The position numbers were made by a program, and so were the translations under genes. Positions 18,620 to 28,557 of a stretch of DNA of 35,375 nucleotides are shown one piece after another. Positions within the stretch are counted from its first letter, which is position 1; each line of letters starts with the position of its first letter. The DNA is from Candidatus Heimdallarchaeota archaeon (lineage in GTDB: Archaea; Asgardarchaeota; Heimdallarchaeia; Hodarchaeales; Hodarchaeaceae): the NCBI GenBank assembly GCA_048881705.1, contig JBHLSH010000037.1:1-35375 (forward strand). The letters run 5' to 3'. The notes beneath the pieces are model-generated. The model worked only from the letters and a program-made list of their open reading frames with translations. It made no database searches and had not been told where the DNA came from.

Positions 18620-20368
18620 TTAGCGAGGTCTAGAATCAATCAAAGTTTTTGCCTCGCGGACATAGCGAACCATATCCTTAAAGTGAGAGATGGGCGAACT
18701 AATCATTCCAGCACGTACATCCCTTATACTATCCCATATATTTTCGGCCATTTCTTGAAATCTTGGGATAGCAAAATCAGAAGATGAGATAATGCGTTCT
18801 AGTATTTCTTCAGCCTCTTCAAATCGTTCTTGGGCTGTTAAAAGGATTGCAGATAAGCAAAGACCTTTCGCTTTTGTGGGTACATCAGAAATATCCTTTA
18901 ATCCCTCATCAATCAATTCTTGAGCCTTAACAAGAATCTTCTTGTCTTCCGAGAGTTTAAACTCCTGAAGATAACATTGGGCAGTCTGGAACCTTAATTC
19001 TGAAGCCAAATCCCCGCAATCCTTTAGATTATCATCCTGCATTGCCTTGATCAGGTATTCCTTGCCAATTCCAACATTGTATCTGCTGAATTCATATTTT
19101 CCACGTATGTAATAATAGGTGGGCACAGCGCATTTCTCGAGCTGATTAAAATCAATTTTGTCAAGCAATTCTCTGGCTTTGTCAGAATGGTTCAGGTCGA
19201 GCAAGAGATCTATACTTTTAAACAGACCCATTGACTGCTGTTCTTGCGGGAGGAATTCTATTGTCTGTAAAACTTGATCAATGTATTCAAGAGTTTGTTC
19301 ATATTGGAGAGCTAAGAATGCTGTGTATGCTAAACCTATACCAACTTTCACTTGATAATAGCGGCTTTTGTGGGCTTTAGCCCTTTTTTGGGCATCCTCT
19401 AAAAGCGACCGTGCTTCTTCGATCTTACCCTGTTCGAGATTCATCCAAGCACTCGTTGTATCTGTATATAGGAACAGTCCGTGTGCGTCAGGTTGATTAC
19501 GTACGTTTTCATTAATCAAGGATAGGGCATTAGACAGGTACTTTTTTGATTCTTTCCGTTTACCCTTTTCAAATAAGAAATAACTAAGATTTGTATAGGC
19601 GATGATAAGACGAAATGAGGCTTCGATCTTTTGAAGCTCAGCAATAGAAGCTTCCAGAAAACTAGCGGTTTCATCCTCACCCTGATCTTTGGACAGAAAA
19701 TTATATGTCCAAGCTGTGTAAAGCCGATGATTCGACTTCTTCATCTTTTCAAGAACGCTTTCCAGATCTATTTCAGTGGTTTCTAGTTTAGCGTTTCTAG
19801 CGAAAAGTTGGACAGGAATTAATAAATGAAGATAATTGGGATCAGAGTTCAATTCTTTTTCGAAAACCTGTTTAACAGTGAAATAACTCTCTTGAAAATT
19901 GGATTTTGCGTCACAGTTGAGCATAATGCATCCGTAGATAGCCGCAATGTCAACCAGAGCTTGCCAATCTTTCATTGAGACTATCCTATCATGTGCAAGC
20001 TTTAGCAAGTCTAGTCCATTCTGACTATCAAGGAACTCTGCGATTCCTGCAGCTAGCCAAAATTGCAATAATGGATCATTGGGATATTGTTTCTTTAGCT
20101 GCTCCGCGTGGTCCCCAAAGAATTGGATATCAGTCAAAATCCATGCTAATTTCGCAGCCAGAGCCCAAATTGTAGAAGGAATCTCCGTTTCTCGTGAAAG
20201 GAGTTCACGGATTTTTTCATACCAAATATTCAAGTTATCTTCTTGTTTAACCTCGGAGAAGCTAGCAAAAATCTTTTCTTGCCAATTATTATCGATTAAA
20301 TCCCTAAAATGGACAAGCTCCGTAGGATAAGCCAAGCGATACTCAAGCTTAGGCATATTATTTTCCAC
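18620..20368 (-). CDS. TPR-like alpha-solenoid protein
   Basis: 582 aa with repeated helix-pair signatures (AYTNLSYFLFEKG...SKKYLSNAL; GIGLAYTAFLALQYEQTLEYI; YYIRGKYEF..GKEYLIKAM). No catalytic motif seen. Confidence 0.8.
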   Translation of the reverse strand: MENNMPKLEYRLAYPTELVHFRDLIDNNWQEKIFASFSEVKQEDNLNIWYEKIRELLSRETEIPSTIWALAAKLAWILTDIQFFGDHAEQLKKQYPNDPLLQFWLAAGIAEFLDSQNGLDLLKLAHDRIVSMKDWQALVDIAAIYGCIMLNCDAKSNFQESYFTVKQVFEKELNSDPNYLHLLIPVQLFARNAKLETTEIDLESVLEKMKKSNHRLYTAWTYNFLSKDQGEDETASFLEASIAELQKIEASFRLIIAYTNLSYFLFEKGKRKESKKYLSNALSLINENVRNQPDAHGLFLYTDTTSAWMNLEQGKIEEARSLLEDAQKRAKAHKSRYYQVKVGIGLAYTAFLALQYEQTLEYIDQVLQTIEFLPQEQQSMGLFKSIDLLLDLNHSDKARELLDKIDFNQLEKCAVPTYYYIRGKYEFSRYNVGIGKEYLIKAMQDDNLKDCGDLASELRFQTAQCYLQEFKLSEDKKILVKAQELIDEGLKDISDVPTKAKGLCLSAILLTAQERFEEAEEILERIISSSDFAIPRFQEMAENIWDSIRDVRAGMISSPISHFKDMVRYVREAKTLIDSRPR

Positions 20369-20521
20369 TAATTCCCGCGTTCGCGGACGATTATTAAAAA
20401 ATTTGGCTTATGGTAAGAACGAATGCGAAATCCGAAATTTACTTAATCTTGTACCCAGAGGTGAGATGGATTCCTTTAAAGAATCCTATGCACACAAAAT
20501 AAGAAAAGGAGTCAAGTTTAT

Positions 20522-21721
20522 ATGGGCGTGCTTGTTGGTATCGTTGGTAAGCCCTCTTCTGGTAAAACCACCTTTCTAAATGCTCTCTGTGGTACCAATG
20601 CGAAAACGGCAGATTATCCATTTACCACTATAGATCCAAATCAAGGAGTAGGCTTTGTCACCACACCTTGTGTGCACCAGGAACTCAGCGTGATCTGCAA
20701 CCCACGTAATTCAGAGTGTGTTGACAATGTACGAAAGATCCCCGTGAAAGTAATTGATGTGGCGGGACTTGTACCTGGAGCTTATGAGGGACGGGGTATG
20801 GGTAATCAGTTTTTGAATGATCTTGCCCAGGCAGATATTTTAATCCACGTTTTAGACATCTCTGGATCCTTGAATGAGGAGGGAGAGCCCGTAGATCCTG
20901 GAAGTCACGACCCATTGAAAGATGTTCACTTCTTAAAGGATGAGATTGCCCAATGGATGCTTGGAATCCTCAAAAAAGATTGGCAGCGAGCAGTGCGAAA
21001 AGCGGAGACCGAGCGAAAGAGTATTATAGAATTCGTTGCAGATAAAATGACAGGATTAAAAATATCGCGTGGACACGTGTTACAGGCAATCGATGCGGCT
21101 GATTTAGATCCTGCCGCTGTCAAAGACTGGGAAGAATCCGATCTCCTTCGACTAAGTATTCAAATTCAAAGCATTGGCAAGCCCATCATTTTGGCTGCTA
21201 ATAAAATTGACAGACCGACCGCTAAAGATAATTATCAAAGATTGAAGAAAGAGTTTGGAAATCGAATAATTCCAACCTCAGCTTTGACAGATATAGTTCT
21301 GAAGAATCTAGAAACCAATAAAAAAGTGAAATATGTTTCGGAGAGCGGCCGTTTGACCCCGTTGGGTCAATTATCTTCTAAGGAAGAAGAAATTGTGGCC
21401 AAAATACAGAAGGAAATCATAATTCCATATAAAACCACGGGGATATTTACTACCCTAAATACGGCAGTATTCGATGTTTTGGGGTTGATTTGCGTTTATC
21501 CAGTTGCAGATGCATCACACCTAAGCGATCAGGATGGTAATGTTCTTCCTGACGTTTATCTTGTTCCTAAGGGAACTACTGTTAAAGAGCTAGCGGGAAT
21601 TGTGCATCAGGATCTCTACAAACATTTTTTATTCGGAATTGACGCCCGTACAAATCGAAAGTTGTCAGAAAAATACGAAATTCAGGATAATGACATTGTT
21701 AAAATCCAGGCCGCCATCTAA
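20522..21721 (+). CDS. ychF: Obg-family YchF/OLA1-like NTPase (archaeal type) with TGS domain
   Basis: GKPSSGKTT, YPFTTIDPN, DVAGLVPGAYEGRGMGNQFL, NKID, C-terminal TGS (LPDVYLVPKGTT..H.DL). Confidence 0.92.
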   Translation: MGVLVGIVGKPSSGKTTFLNALCGTNAKTADYPFTTIDPNQGVGFVTTPCVHQELSVICNPRNSECVDNVRKIPVKVIDVAGLVPGAYEGRGMGNQFLNDLAQADILIHVLDISGSLNEEGEPVDPGSHDPLKDVHFLKDEIAQWMLGILKKDWQRAVRKAETERKSIIEFVADKMTGLKISRGHVLQAIDAADLDPAAVKDWEESDLLRLSIQIQSIGKPIILAANKIDRPTAKDNYQRLKKEFGNRIIPTSALTDIVLKNLETNKKVKYVSESGRLTPLGQLSSKEEEIVAKIQKEIIIPYKTTGIFTTLNTAVFDVLGLICVYPVADASHLSDQDGNVLPDVYLVPKGTTVKELAGIVHQDLYKHFLFGIDARTNRKLSEKYEIQDNDIVKIQAAI

Positions 21722-21743
21722 GCCCTAGATGCATCAATGTGGG

Positions 21744-22052
21744 TCATTGCCCACGTTTTCTGGCATTATAACGTTTTTCGATCAGTCTACGCTGACGAAC
21801 TTCAGCAGCTTTACGAAAATAGAAATCTCTAGTGCGTAGGGGGCCGAAACTACGGATTCCATTATTTGATAATTGCTCGCGTAAATTAGCCGCTTGTTCT
21901 GACCCAATCTGCCCATCTTTTTCAAGAAACGTGATGACTTCATGTCCTTCCTGATCGGTTTTCGCTCGAGCCAAAAAATCAAAGACACCCGGAGAGTAGT
22001 TGGTCAATGGATCGGCCTCTGGCAATTCCTTCAGTTTTTGATCCAATGCCAT
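21744..22052 (-). CDS. DUF2095-like conserved archaeal protein
   Basis: YSPGVFDFLARAKTDQEGHEVITFLEKDG.I...LREQL...GIRSFG matches the family pattern from memory. The frame stays open to 22199 (see findings). Confidence 0.75.
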   Translation of the reverse strand: MALDQKLKELPEADPLTNYSPGVFDFLARAKTDQEGHEVITFLEKDGQIGSEQAANLREQLSNNGIRSFGPLRTRDFYFRKAAEVRQRRLIEKRYNARKRGQ

Positions 22053-22231
22053 TTTCCCTTCAGTAATTTCATTGAATAGAGCTGGAAAATGTTCCTCAAA
22101 ATTGTCAAATGAGAGCTTGGGAGCAACTTCAATCTGTTCACGAGGTATTTTCGAAGAAGATTCCTTTTTTACGCCTTTATTCTTCTTTGGCTTGGGCGTT
22201 CAGCAACACCAGTATAATTAGGTTGCGAAAA

Positions 22232-23185
22232 TCAATATAATCCTAGTTCTCGAGCATTAACACAAAATGCAGGTTTTTGTCCCGTAAGGACTAAACGAAC
22301 TTGTTCTGCAATAACTTGGCCCGCCCTTTCTTGGGCCTCTTGTGTCGAAGCGGCAATATGTGGGGAGGCATAAAGATTCTCTAGTTCAAAAAGCTTGCTT
22401 TCTCTGGCAGGTTCAACAGTGAACACGTCCAAGGCGGCCCCAGCAATTTGATTTTTATTAAGTGCTGTATATAATGCTTCTTCATCGATGATTCCGCCAC
22501 GAGCACAATTAACTATGAATGCAGTCGTTTTCATCTTTTCAAATTCGTGAGTACTAATCATTCCTCTAGTTTCTTGCGTTAGTAGGGCATGAACAGTAAT
22601 AAAATCGGAAATCTCAAATAGATGTGAAAGCTCGGTAGTTTGCTCCGCACCGATTTTCTCGAATATATCCGCTGGCAAATAGGGATCATAAACCAGACAT
22701 CTCATACCAAACGCCTGGGCGCGTTTAACCACCTCTGCACCTATCCGACCACAACCTACAAATCCTAAAATTTTATCATGTAGTTCTGTACCTCCCAATT
22801 GTTTCTTGGGCCATAATCCCTCTTTAGTTTGGTTCGTGGCATGAACTAGCTTGCGACTCAAGGCGAGAAGATAACCCATGGTCAATTCCGCCACTGAAAT
22901 TGTGGAAGCATGGGGGGAATTTACTACATAGATCTGTTGTTCCGTGGCAGCAGTCACATCTATGTTATCAAATCCGACACCTGCTCGTCCTATAACTCTT
23001 AACTTTTTTCCCTTTTCTATTACTTCTCGAGAAACTTGAGTGGCACTACGCACGATAATGGCCTCAAAAGTTTCAATCTGTTGCAGGAGTTCATTAGGAC
23101 TGTAGTGTTGTTCCACTACATGAAATTCGTTTTTCAATACCGCAACCGCGGAGGACGTAATTGGATCAGAGACCAGTATTTTCAT
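22232..23185 (-). CDS. serA: D-isomer-specific 2-hydroxyacid dehydrogenase, SerA (phosphoglycerate dehydrogenase)-like, no ACT domain
   Basis: [53 protein letters not shown]. Substrate not proven. Confidence 0.8.
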   Translation of the reverse strand: MKILVSDPITSSAVAVLKNEFHVVEQHYSPNELLQQIETFEAIIVRSATQVSREVIEKGKKLRVIGRAGVGFDNIDVTAATEQQIYVVNSPHASTISVAELTMGYLLALSRKLVHATNQTKEGLWPKKQLGGTELHDKILGFVGCGRIGAEVVKRAQAFGMRCLVYDPYLPADIFEKIGAEQTTELSHLFEISDFITVHALLTQETRGMISTHEFEKMKTTAFIVNCARGGIIDEEALYTALNKNQIAGAALDVFTVEPARESKLFELENLYASPHIAASTQEAQERAGQVIAEQVRLVLTGQKPAFCVNARELGLY

Positions 23186-23364
23186 TTGGATACTCCCATG
23201 ATGCTATTGATGCTTATTGGAATGGGTCGTTTCGCACTCATATTACCAGTCACATAAACCTACCTAACAGATCAAAGATATTTTTAATCTCCAAAAATAA
23301 GGCTTCCCTACGTATCTCCGTGTGGAATGTTGCGGTACCGCAGAACCTAAAGGAGGTCACTAAA

Positions 23365-23928
23365 ATGAATGCTTACAAGTTTATATCCGCGTTCTGGAAT
23401 GAACGGAGTTCTGAATTTAAGCAACTCCGTATTGCGCGATTGGTTGAGTGGCGGCGCCAACCGTCAGTTATTCGAATTGAATTTCCTACTCGGTTAGATC
23501 GGGCTCGAAAACTTGGTTATCGTCGAAAAAAGGGGTTTATAGTTGCCCGTACTCGTGTTCCTAGAGGGGGCCGCAGGAAATCCCGCCCCGTGGGTGGGCG
23601 TCGTTCCAGACGAATGGGAGTTAACAAGATAACTCCAAAGAAATCCCGTCAGTGGATTGCAGAAGAACGAACAGCTCGTCGATTTCCAAATCTAGAAGTC
23701 CTTAATAGCTATCCTGTCCTAGAGGATGGAAGATATCGATGGTTCGAAGTAATCTTAGTCGACCCCCATGCTCCCGAAATAAAATCCGATCCAAAAATCA
23801 ATTGGATCTGCGATCGGAGCCATCGAGGACGCGTTTTCCGTGGAAAAACCTCAGCGGGCCGTAAAAGCCGTGGTCTCAGAGGCCGTGGAAAAGGACATGA
23901 GCATCATCGACCCTCTTATGATCGTTGA
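23365..23928 (+). CDS. rpl15e: 50S ribosomal protein L15e
   Basis: [66 protein letters not shown] before ATG 23365; the track start at 23161 is too long. Confidence 0.97.
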   Translation: MNAYKFISAFWNERSSEFKQLRIARLVEWRRQPSVIRIEFPTRLDRARKLGYRRKKGFIVARTRVPRGGRRKSRPVGGRRSRRMGVNKITPKKSRQWIAEERTARRFPNLEVLNSYPVLEDGRYRWFEVILVDPHAPEIKSDPKINWICDRSHRGRVFRGKTSAGRKSRGLRGRGKGHEHHRPSYDR

Positions 23929-24054
23929 TAACGTACCTAGCGGCTTTGCTTCCTTTCATGATCCCAAATTTGTCCTTCTCACCTTGTTATTAGAAGATTA
24001 ATCCGATATTTGATCAACTCGATCCAATCAGAGGTTGTGTATAGCCTGCCTCGA

Positions 24055-24783
24055 ATGTTTATCGACTCTTTTTCGGCGGAGGTTTCCGAGCACAAACTGG
24101 AGATATGTCTAAGGGTTGCAAAATACCTAGGATTTTCACAGGTATGGATTAGCAATCCTACAAAAGCCACTAAGAAAATTCTAGGGCAATCAACAAATCA
24201 AGAATATCCCAAAATTATTTACCGGATCGATTTCGGGGAGAATGATAATGATAAAGCAAGAGTAATATCCGTTCTACGACAACAACGTCGTCAATTCCCT
24301 ATAATTGCCATCACATGTGCTACTCCCGATGTTACCGCATGGGCAGCACAGGATAACCGTATTGATATTTTAAAGTTCCATCCTTTTGAAATTGGCAAGT
24401 TGCTTACTCGATCGGTAGCTAAACTCATGAATGATCATAATAAATGTCTGGAAGTTTCCTTAACCGATATTTATACCCTTCCCTATCGTAGTCACATCGC
24501 TGCTATCCGCAATATCAGAAATGCTTTTGCTATGATCCTCCAGAAACACGTTTCCTACATTTTTTCCTCTGGCGCAACCAGTATTGAACACATACGAACC
24601 CCACGCGAACTTGCGTCCTTGGGGCAGATCCTCCTGAAAAATGCTCATCTTCCTCTAGACGCTCTAAGCGTGACTCCTCAGAGTCTTCTTACTCAAAATC
24701 TTCGAAAAATCAATCCGGAGTATGTTATCCCTGGTATTTTCAAAATTAATCCATCAAATCATCCTAAGTTCGAGGAAGAGTGA
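24055..24783 (+). CDS. rnp3: Ribonuclease P protein component 3 (Rpp30)
   Basis: PHP-like pattern (A.QDNRIDIL, LEVSL, IFSSGA....IRTPREL), downstream of rpl15e. Start may be GTG 24037. Confidence 0.85.
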   Translation: MFIDSFSAEVSEHKLEICLRVAKYLGFSQVWISNPTKATKKILGQSTNQEYPKIIYRIDFGENDNDKARVISVLRQQRRQFPIIAITCATPDVTAWAAQDNRIDILKFHPFEIGKLLTRSVAKLMNDHNKCLEVSLTDIYTLPYRSHIAAIRNIRNAFAMILQKHVSYIFSSGATSIEHIRTPRELASLGQILLKNAHLPLDALSVTPQSLLTQNLRKINPEYVIPGIFKINPSNHPKFEEE

Positions 24784-25178
24784 CTTCAATGGATGAACGC
24801 ATTCGCTACATCAATATTCGGATGATTGGTCTGTTCTCACTGACAGAGAAGGACGCGTGGCATGTTATCTCAACTGAAATCAGACGTCTAGTTGGGGCAG
24901 CAGGTGCAGCGGACATAGGCCTATTTCTGGCGTTTTTTGACCCAAAAAGCCAGGGCGGTATCTTCAGGGTTGCCCATCGATACATCCATCGTGTCAGAGG
25001 GGCCTTGTGTTTTATCCAGAAATGGAACCAAAATCCTATTTTCACTTATTCGGAAAATGTAAGCGGAACTCTCAAAACTGCTAAAAAGGAACTTTTGAGC
25101 GCTGGACACCTTCACCGTGCCAGTGTTCTTACCAAGATCTTTCATAACTATTGGAAATCAAGTTTCGATGATGATTAA
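24780..25178 (+). CDS. rnp2: Ribonuclease P protein component 2 (Pop5/Rpp14)
   Basis: RIRYI, RRLVG..G.A..G, GIFRV.H...RVRGAL, VSGTLKTAKK. GTG overlaps the rnp3 TGA. Confidence 0.85.
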   Translation: MTSMDERIRYINIRMIGLFSLTEKDAWHVISTEIRRLVGAAGAADIGLFLAFFDPKSQGGIFRVAHRYIHRVRGALCFIQKWNQNPIFTYSENVSGTLKTAKKELLSAGHLHRASVLTKIFHNYWKSSFDDD

Positions 25179-25222
25179 TATCTAACCGAAGTCCGTGTCG
25201 ACGCCGTCCCAGTCTGAGAAAC
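25162..25222 (+). ncRNA. Box C/D guide sRNA, predicted to guide 2'-O-methylation of the LSU rRNA P-loop G (E. coli G2251 equivalent)
   Basis: Stem GTTTC/GAAAC, 3-nt bulge, C box ATGATGA 25168-25174, D' CCGA 25186-25189, C' GTGTCGA 25195-25201, D CTGA 25214-25217. D guide GCCGTCCCAGT pairs with RCUGGGGCGGY. Confidence 0.88.
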
Positions 25223-25396
25223 CTTTGAGGGTTCCCAATAACCTAGGGCAAAACTTTGAGTAGAAGTTTCAAATAATTAATAATCGAGATTCGAATAAAT
25301 GAAATAAATCTTGGAAAGTCAAAAATAAATGATAATGAACCCAGCTCGTTTGTACAGCTCTTCATTGATTGTGAAAAACTTTTTAGACGTTTTTTT

Positions 25397-26437
25397 GTGA
25401 AACTATCAGTAGCAATGGTTGAGTTGTTAATCCAAGAAGTTAAAACTTCAGAGGTTGATTATTTAATAGATTTATCGAAAAAAGCACTAAATGACTCCCC
25501 TTGGTTTCAGGAAAAGAAATTATTTTGTCCTAACAAGGCAGAGGAGTTAAGGTGTATCAAAAATACTTTGTTGGATGATCAAAACAAATCGTGGAAAGTA
25601 GAAACAGAGGAAATCCTCTGTGGACTCTTAACAACTAGAAAGATGGGAAAACTGCTCCGAATTGGATCAGGTGACCGTGAGCCCGCCATTCTGAAAGAAT
25701 ATCGAACCATGAAGATTGGATGTGCCCTCATTCAAGAAGCCTATACCTTCTCACAAGATGAAAGGCTTGCTGGAATATTCACCACATTTAAATCACCACT
25801 AAATGCCAGGTTCGAGGCTGATTACCATTTTAATCTGTACCAAAAAGCTGGAATGAAGCTAACTTCTAAAATCGTACAGTTCGGGGTAAAAATGAAATAT
25901 CTACCTCGCTATTATGATAAAAGAATCACCTTTGAACGAGCAAAACTTGATGATCTTGATCTAGTAGTTGATTTGATTTTAAATGCCTTTGAATCCAATA
26001 AAAAGTTTCAATATGACCCTCTAACTAATAATGCAGTAGAGGTAAGGAATTTTCAAAAAGTGTGGTTGGGGAGTGAATCTGATAGCAAAGGAATTATTGC
26101 CTATTTTAATGGTCATCCTGTCGGATATTGTGGCTATAAAGCACCAATTAAAAAAAATCCTCCCTGTGGTCTTCTAGGGATCATCGGGGTTGTTCCAGCC
26201 TACCAGAAAAAGAATATTGGTAAGGCGATGATCCAGAAATTCCATAATGACCTAATCGAACAAGGTTTTCGGTACGCTTTTGTGGGAACGAGTGTGTATA
26301 ATCTTCCTGCCCTGAATCTTTATACTTCAATGGGTTATCACCCAGTTTATCACTTATTTTTCTTTTATAGGGTGAAACAAGCTGCTAATCTCCCAATTAT
26401 AGTAGATAGATATTCTTTAGGCAGTGATTCTTTTTAA
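25397..26437 (+). CDS. Tandem GNAT-family acetyltransferase
   Basis: C-terminal GNAT with motif A IGVVPAYQKKNIG and motif B NLPALNLYTSMGY. Degenerate N-terminal GNAT (KIGCALI...NLYQKAGM). Start may be ATG 25415. Confidence 0.85.
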   Translation: MKLSVAMVELLIQEVKTSEVDYLIDLSKKALNDSPWFQEKKLFCPNKAEELRCIKNTLLDDQNKSWKVETEEILCGLLTTRKMGKLLRIGSGDREPAILKEYRTMKIGCALIQEAYTFSQDERLAGIFTTFKSPLNARFEADYHFNLYQKAGMKLTSKIVQFGVKMKYLPRYYDKRITFERAKLDDLDLVVDLILNAFESNKKFQYDPLTNNAVEVRNFQKVWLGSESDSKGIIAYFNGHPVGYCGYKAPIKKNPPCGLLGIIGVVPAYQKKNIGKAMIQKFHNDLIEQGFRYAFVGTSVYNLPALNLYTSMGYHPVYHLFFFYRVKQAANLPIIVDRYSLGSDSF

Positions 26438-26837
26438 TAAGTTAAAAGATAACACAATCTGTTCCGCACGACTTTTCTGACCATAAAGTAATTTTCTCGT
26501 TGTTTTCTTAACACATAAAGGTAAATGTAAGATAATTGGATTAATATCTTCGTGTTCGGATATATTTCACTTATTTGAAACTCGATCATTTCATTTATTG
26601 TTAGAAAAGAGAGGTTCTCCTCCCCTCTTTTAGTGAAGTTGACTATCACATTTTTGAAACTTTTACACTTTGATAGCGGCCTGAATCTCCTTTATTGCCG
26701 CAAAATATCCTCTAGCTTGACTACTTTTGACCTTGGTAATTGAGGGGGGTTAAATAGATTAGGGGACTTTTCTAGAGCTGGATCCACTCCAAATTATTTC
26801 AAAAAACCCCAAATAACACCCTCCACGTTGAACCTAG

Positions 26838-28076
26838 TTAGTTACCGAAAGTATATACGGTGATGTCCATTGGTTTCTTTGTAACCTCGTGTTCTCTGGC
26901 TCCCACGATTGTTTTCACCCCGCGTTCGCTAGCAACATCCAGAATCCTCTGGGTGACTATTCCATCAAAAATTACAGTTTCTATGTTATCAGTTGCCAGA
27001 ATGGAATCGCGAAGCTCGCTGATCGGTATATTCTCTTTCAGAATGGCTTTGTTTTCTCCTAACAAAAGCCCTTCTTGCTCGGAAAGATTCTCAACAAAGG
27101 ATGTCAAATCCTGAGGTATCTTACCCAATATGTCCCCTTTCGTTTGGACAACAATGGATACATCTTTAGAGGCCGTATCAGAAGTATCCCCCTCAATTAT
27201 TTCCTCTGTTTCTTCCAGATCTTCAGGAGTGATATTCAGCTCCTTCAAAATCTGCTCTATGGGAATTTTTCCTCGTAAGGCTTTGAGAATTTCCTTACTG
27301 CTAAGCTCTTCTACCTCTTGATTTGGGGGAGCTCTCGCAACAAAATCAAGATCTGCAAGATGGATGAGCTCTCGGAGGATAAGATCCCCCCCATGGTCAC
27401 CATCAAGGAATGCGGTCGTAACCTTCTTCCGGGTCAGCTCCACTACCTCGGCTGGAACATTAGTTCCCTCAACAGCAATCACATTTCTAAAGCCATGTTT
27501 CAGAAGATTCATAACATCTGCTCTTCCTTCAACAAGGATCAAATTGTCGCTATCATCTATCCCGGGCCCCGCTGGAAGGTCTTCCTTTCCATATTTTTGG
27601 ATTATGCTAACCCGCGCCTCTTTTAACACTGCATCCAGTACGGAGACCGAATCAGGGGTAACTTCTTGATCCCACGTCTTAAGAATCCGAGAAGCCCGTG
27701 AAATGATCTGTCGCCGTTTGCTTTCACGAACGTCCTCGATTTTTTGGAGGACCATCTTCCCTACACATGGTCCGACCCGATCTACGGTTTCAAGGGCCGC
27801 CGCGAGGAGGGCCGTTTCTACCCGATCCAACGAGGATGGGACGATAATCGTTCCTGTCGTTTTGCGTTGTTTTTTCTGGTACGAAAGCTTAACACTAATC
27901 CGCCCGATGCGCGCCGTTTTTTGTAGTTCTCTGAGGTCGAGACCTTCCCCAATGAGACCCTCTGTTTGGCCGAACAAAGCACCAATGATATCACTCTTTT
28001 CCGCAACTCCATTGATAGTAAATTTTTCGTGGATGAGGTATTTTACTGTACTAGTATCAATATCTGTTTCACTCAT
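26838..28076 (-). CDS. dnaG: Archaeal DnaG (primase-like/exosome-associated TOPRIM protein)
   Basis: IIGALFGQTEGL.G..LDLRELQKTARIGRI, TOPRIM VEGRADV...DGDHGG. GGAGGTGA SD 8 nt before ATG 28076. Confidence 0.96.
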   Translation of the reverse strand: MSETDIDTSTVKYLIHEKFTINGVAEKSDIIGALFGQTEGLIGEGLDLRELQKTARIGRISVKLSYQKKQRKTTGTIIVPSSLDRVETALLAAALETVDRVGPCVGKMVLQKIEDVRESKRRQIISRASRILKTWDQEVTPDSVSVLDAVLKEARVSIIQKYGKEDLPAGPGIDDSDNLILVEGRADVMNLLKHGFRNVIAVEGTNVPAEVVELTRKKVTTAFLDGDHGGDLILRELIHLADLDFVARAPPNQEVEELSSKEILKALRGKIPIEQILKELNITPEDLEETEEIIEGDTSDTASKDVSIVVQTKGDILGKIPQDLTSFVENLSEQEGLLLGENKAILKENIPISELRDSILATDNIETVIFDGIVTQRILDVASERGVKTIVGAREHEVTKKPMDITVYTFGN

Positions 28077-28557
28077 TTTTAACTTCACCTCCGGGGATTT
28101 GAAAAGTATGGAACCATCATTCCATTATAAGCTCGGAATCCCTTGTACTCTCTTGGATTCGTGGTTAAAATCGATCTATTAGGAATTCGGTTGGAAGATC
28201 CCCAACCTTTTCACCCTGCAAATTTGACCTTTCTTGAAATCCGTAACTAATCGCATAAAGTAATCAAGCATGAGATGATAATGTGAATGTAGTGTCCAGC
28301 TTTTTACCCGAAGTAATTTAATTGTCTTTAATTCGTTTCTCCAATAGCCCGATCTATTTCTGTCAAGGAACCTGGTCGTTCATACTCAAGACCGACCAAT
28401 AGCCTACGAAATAAAGTTCTAAATTGTCAGGCTTGTGTTAATTCGAAAGATTCGTCAAATGATCTTATCTTATTCAAGCTTGCTTCGACAGCTTGTGTGT
28501 AGCACAGGCATTCTACTGACTTAAAAACTCGGTGAACGGATTTTCCCTAGACACCAA

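Noticed and set aside
23331-23342. 12-bp palindrome TGCGGTACCGCA in the rpl15e leader
   Set aside because: About 8-9 are expected by chance; there is no further supporting structure.
23161-23364. 68-aa N-terminal extension of L15e in the ORF track
   Set aside because: It overlaps the divergent serA start and promoter. A strong SD precedes ATG 23365, where L15e homology begins.
26434-26649. 71-aa minus-strand ORF after the GNAT gene
   Set aside because: AT-rich, low-information sequence with no SD and no family; probably intergenic.
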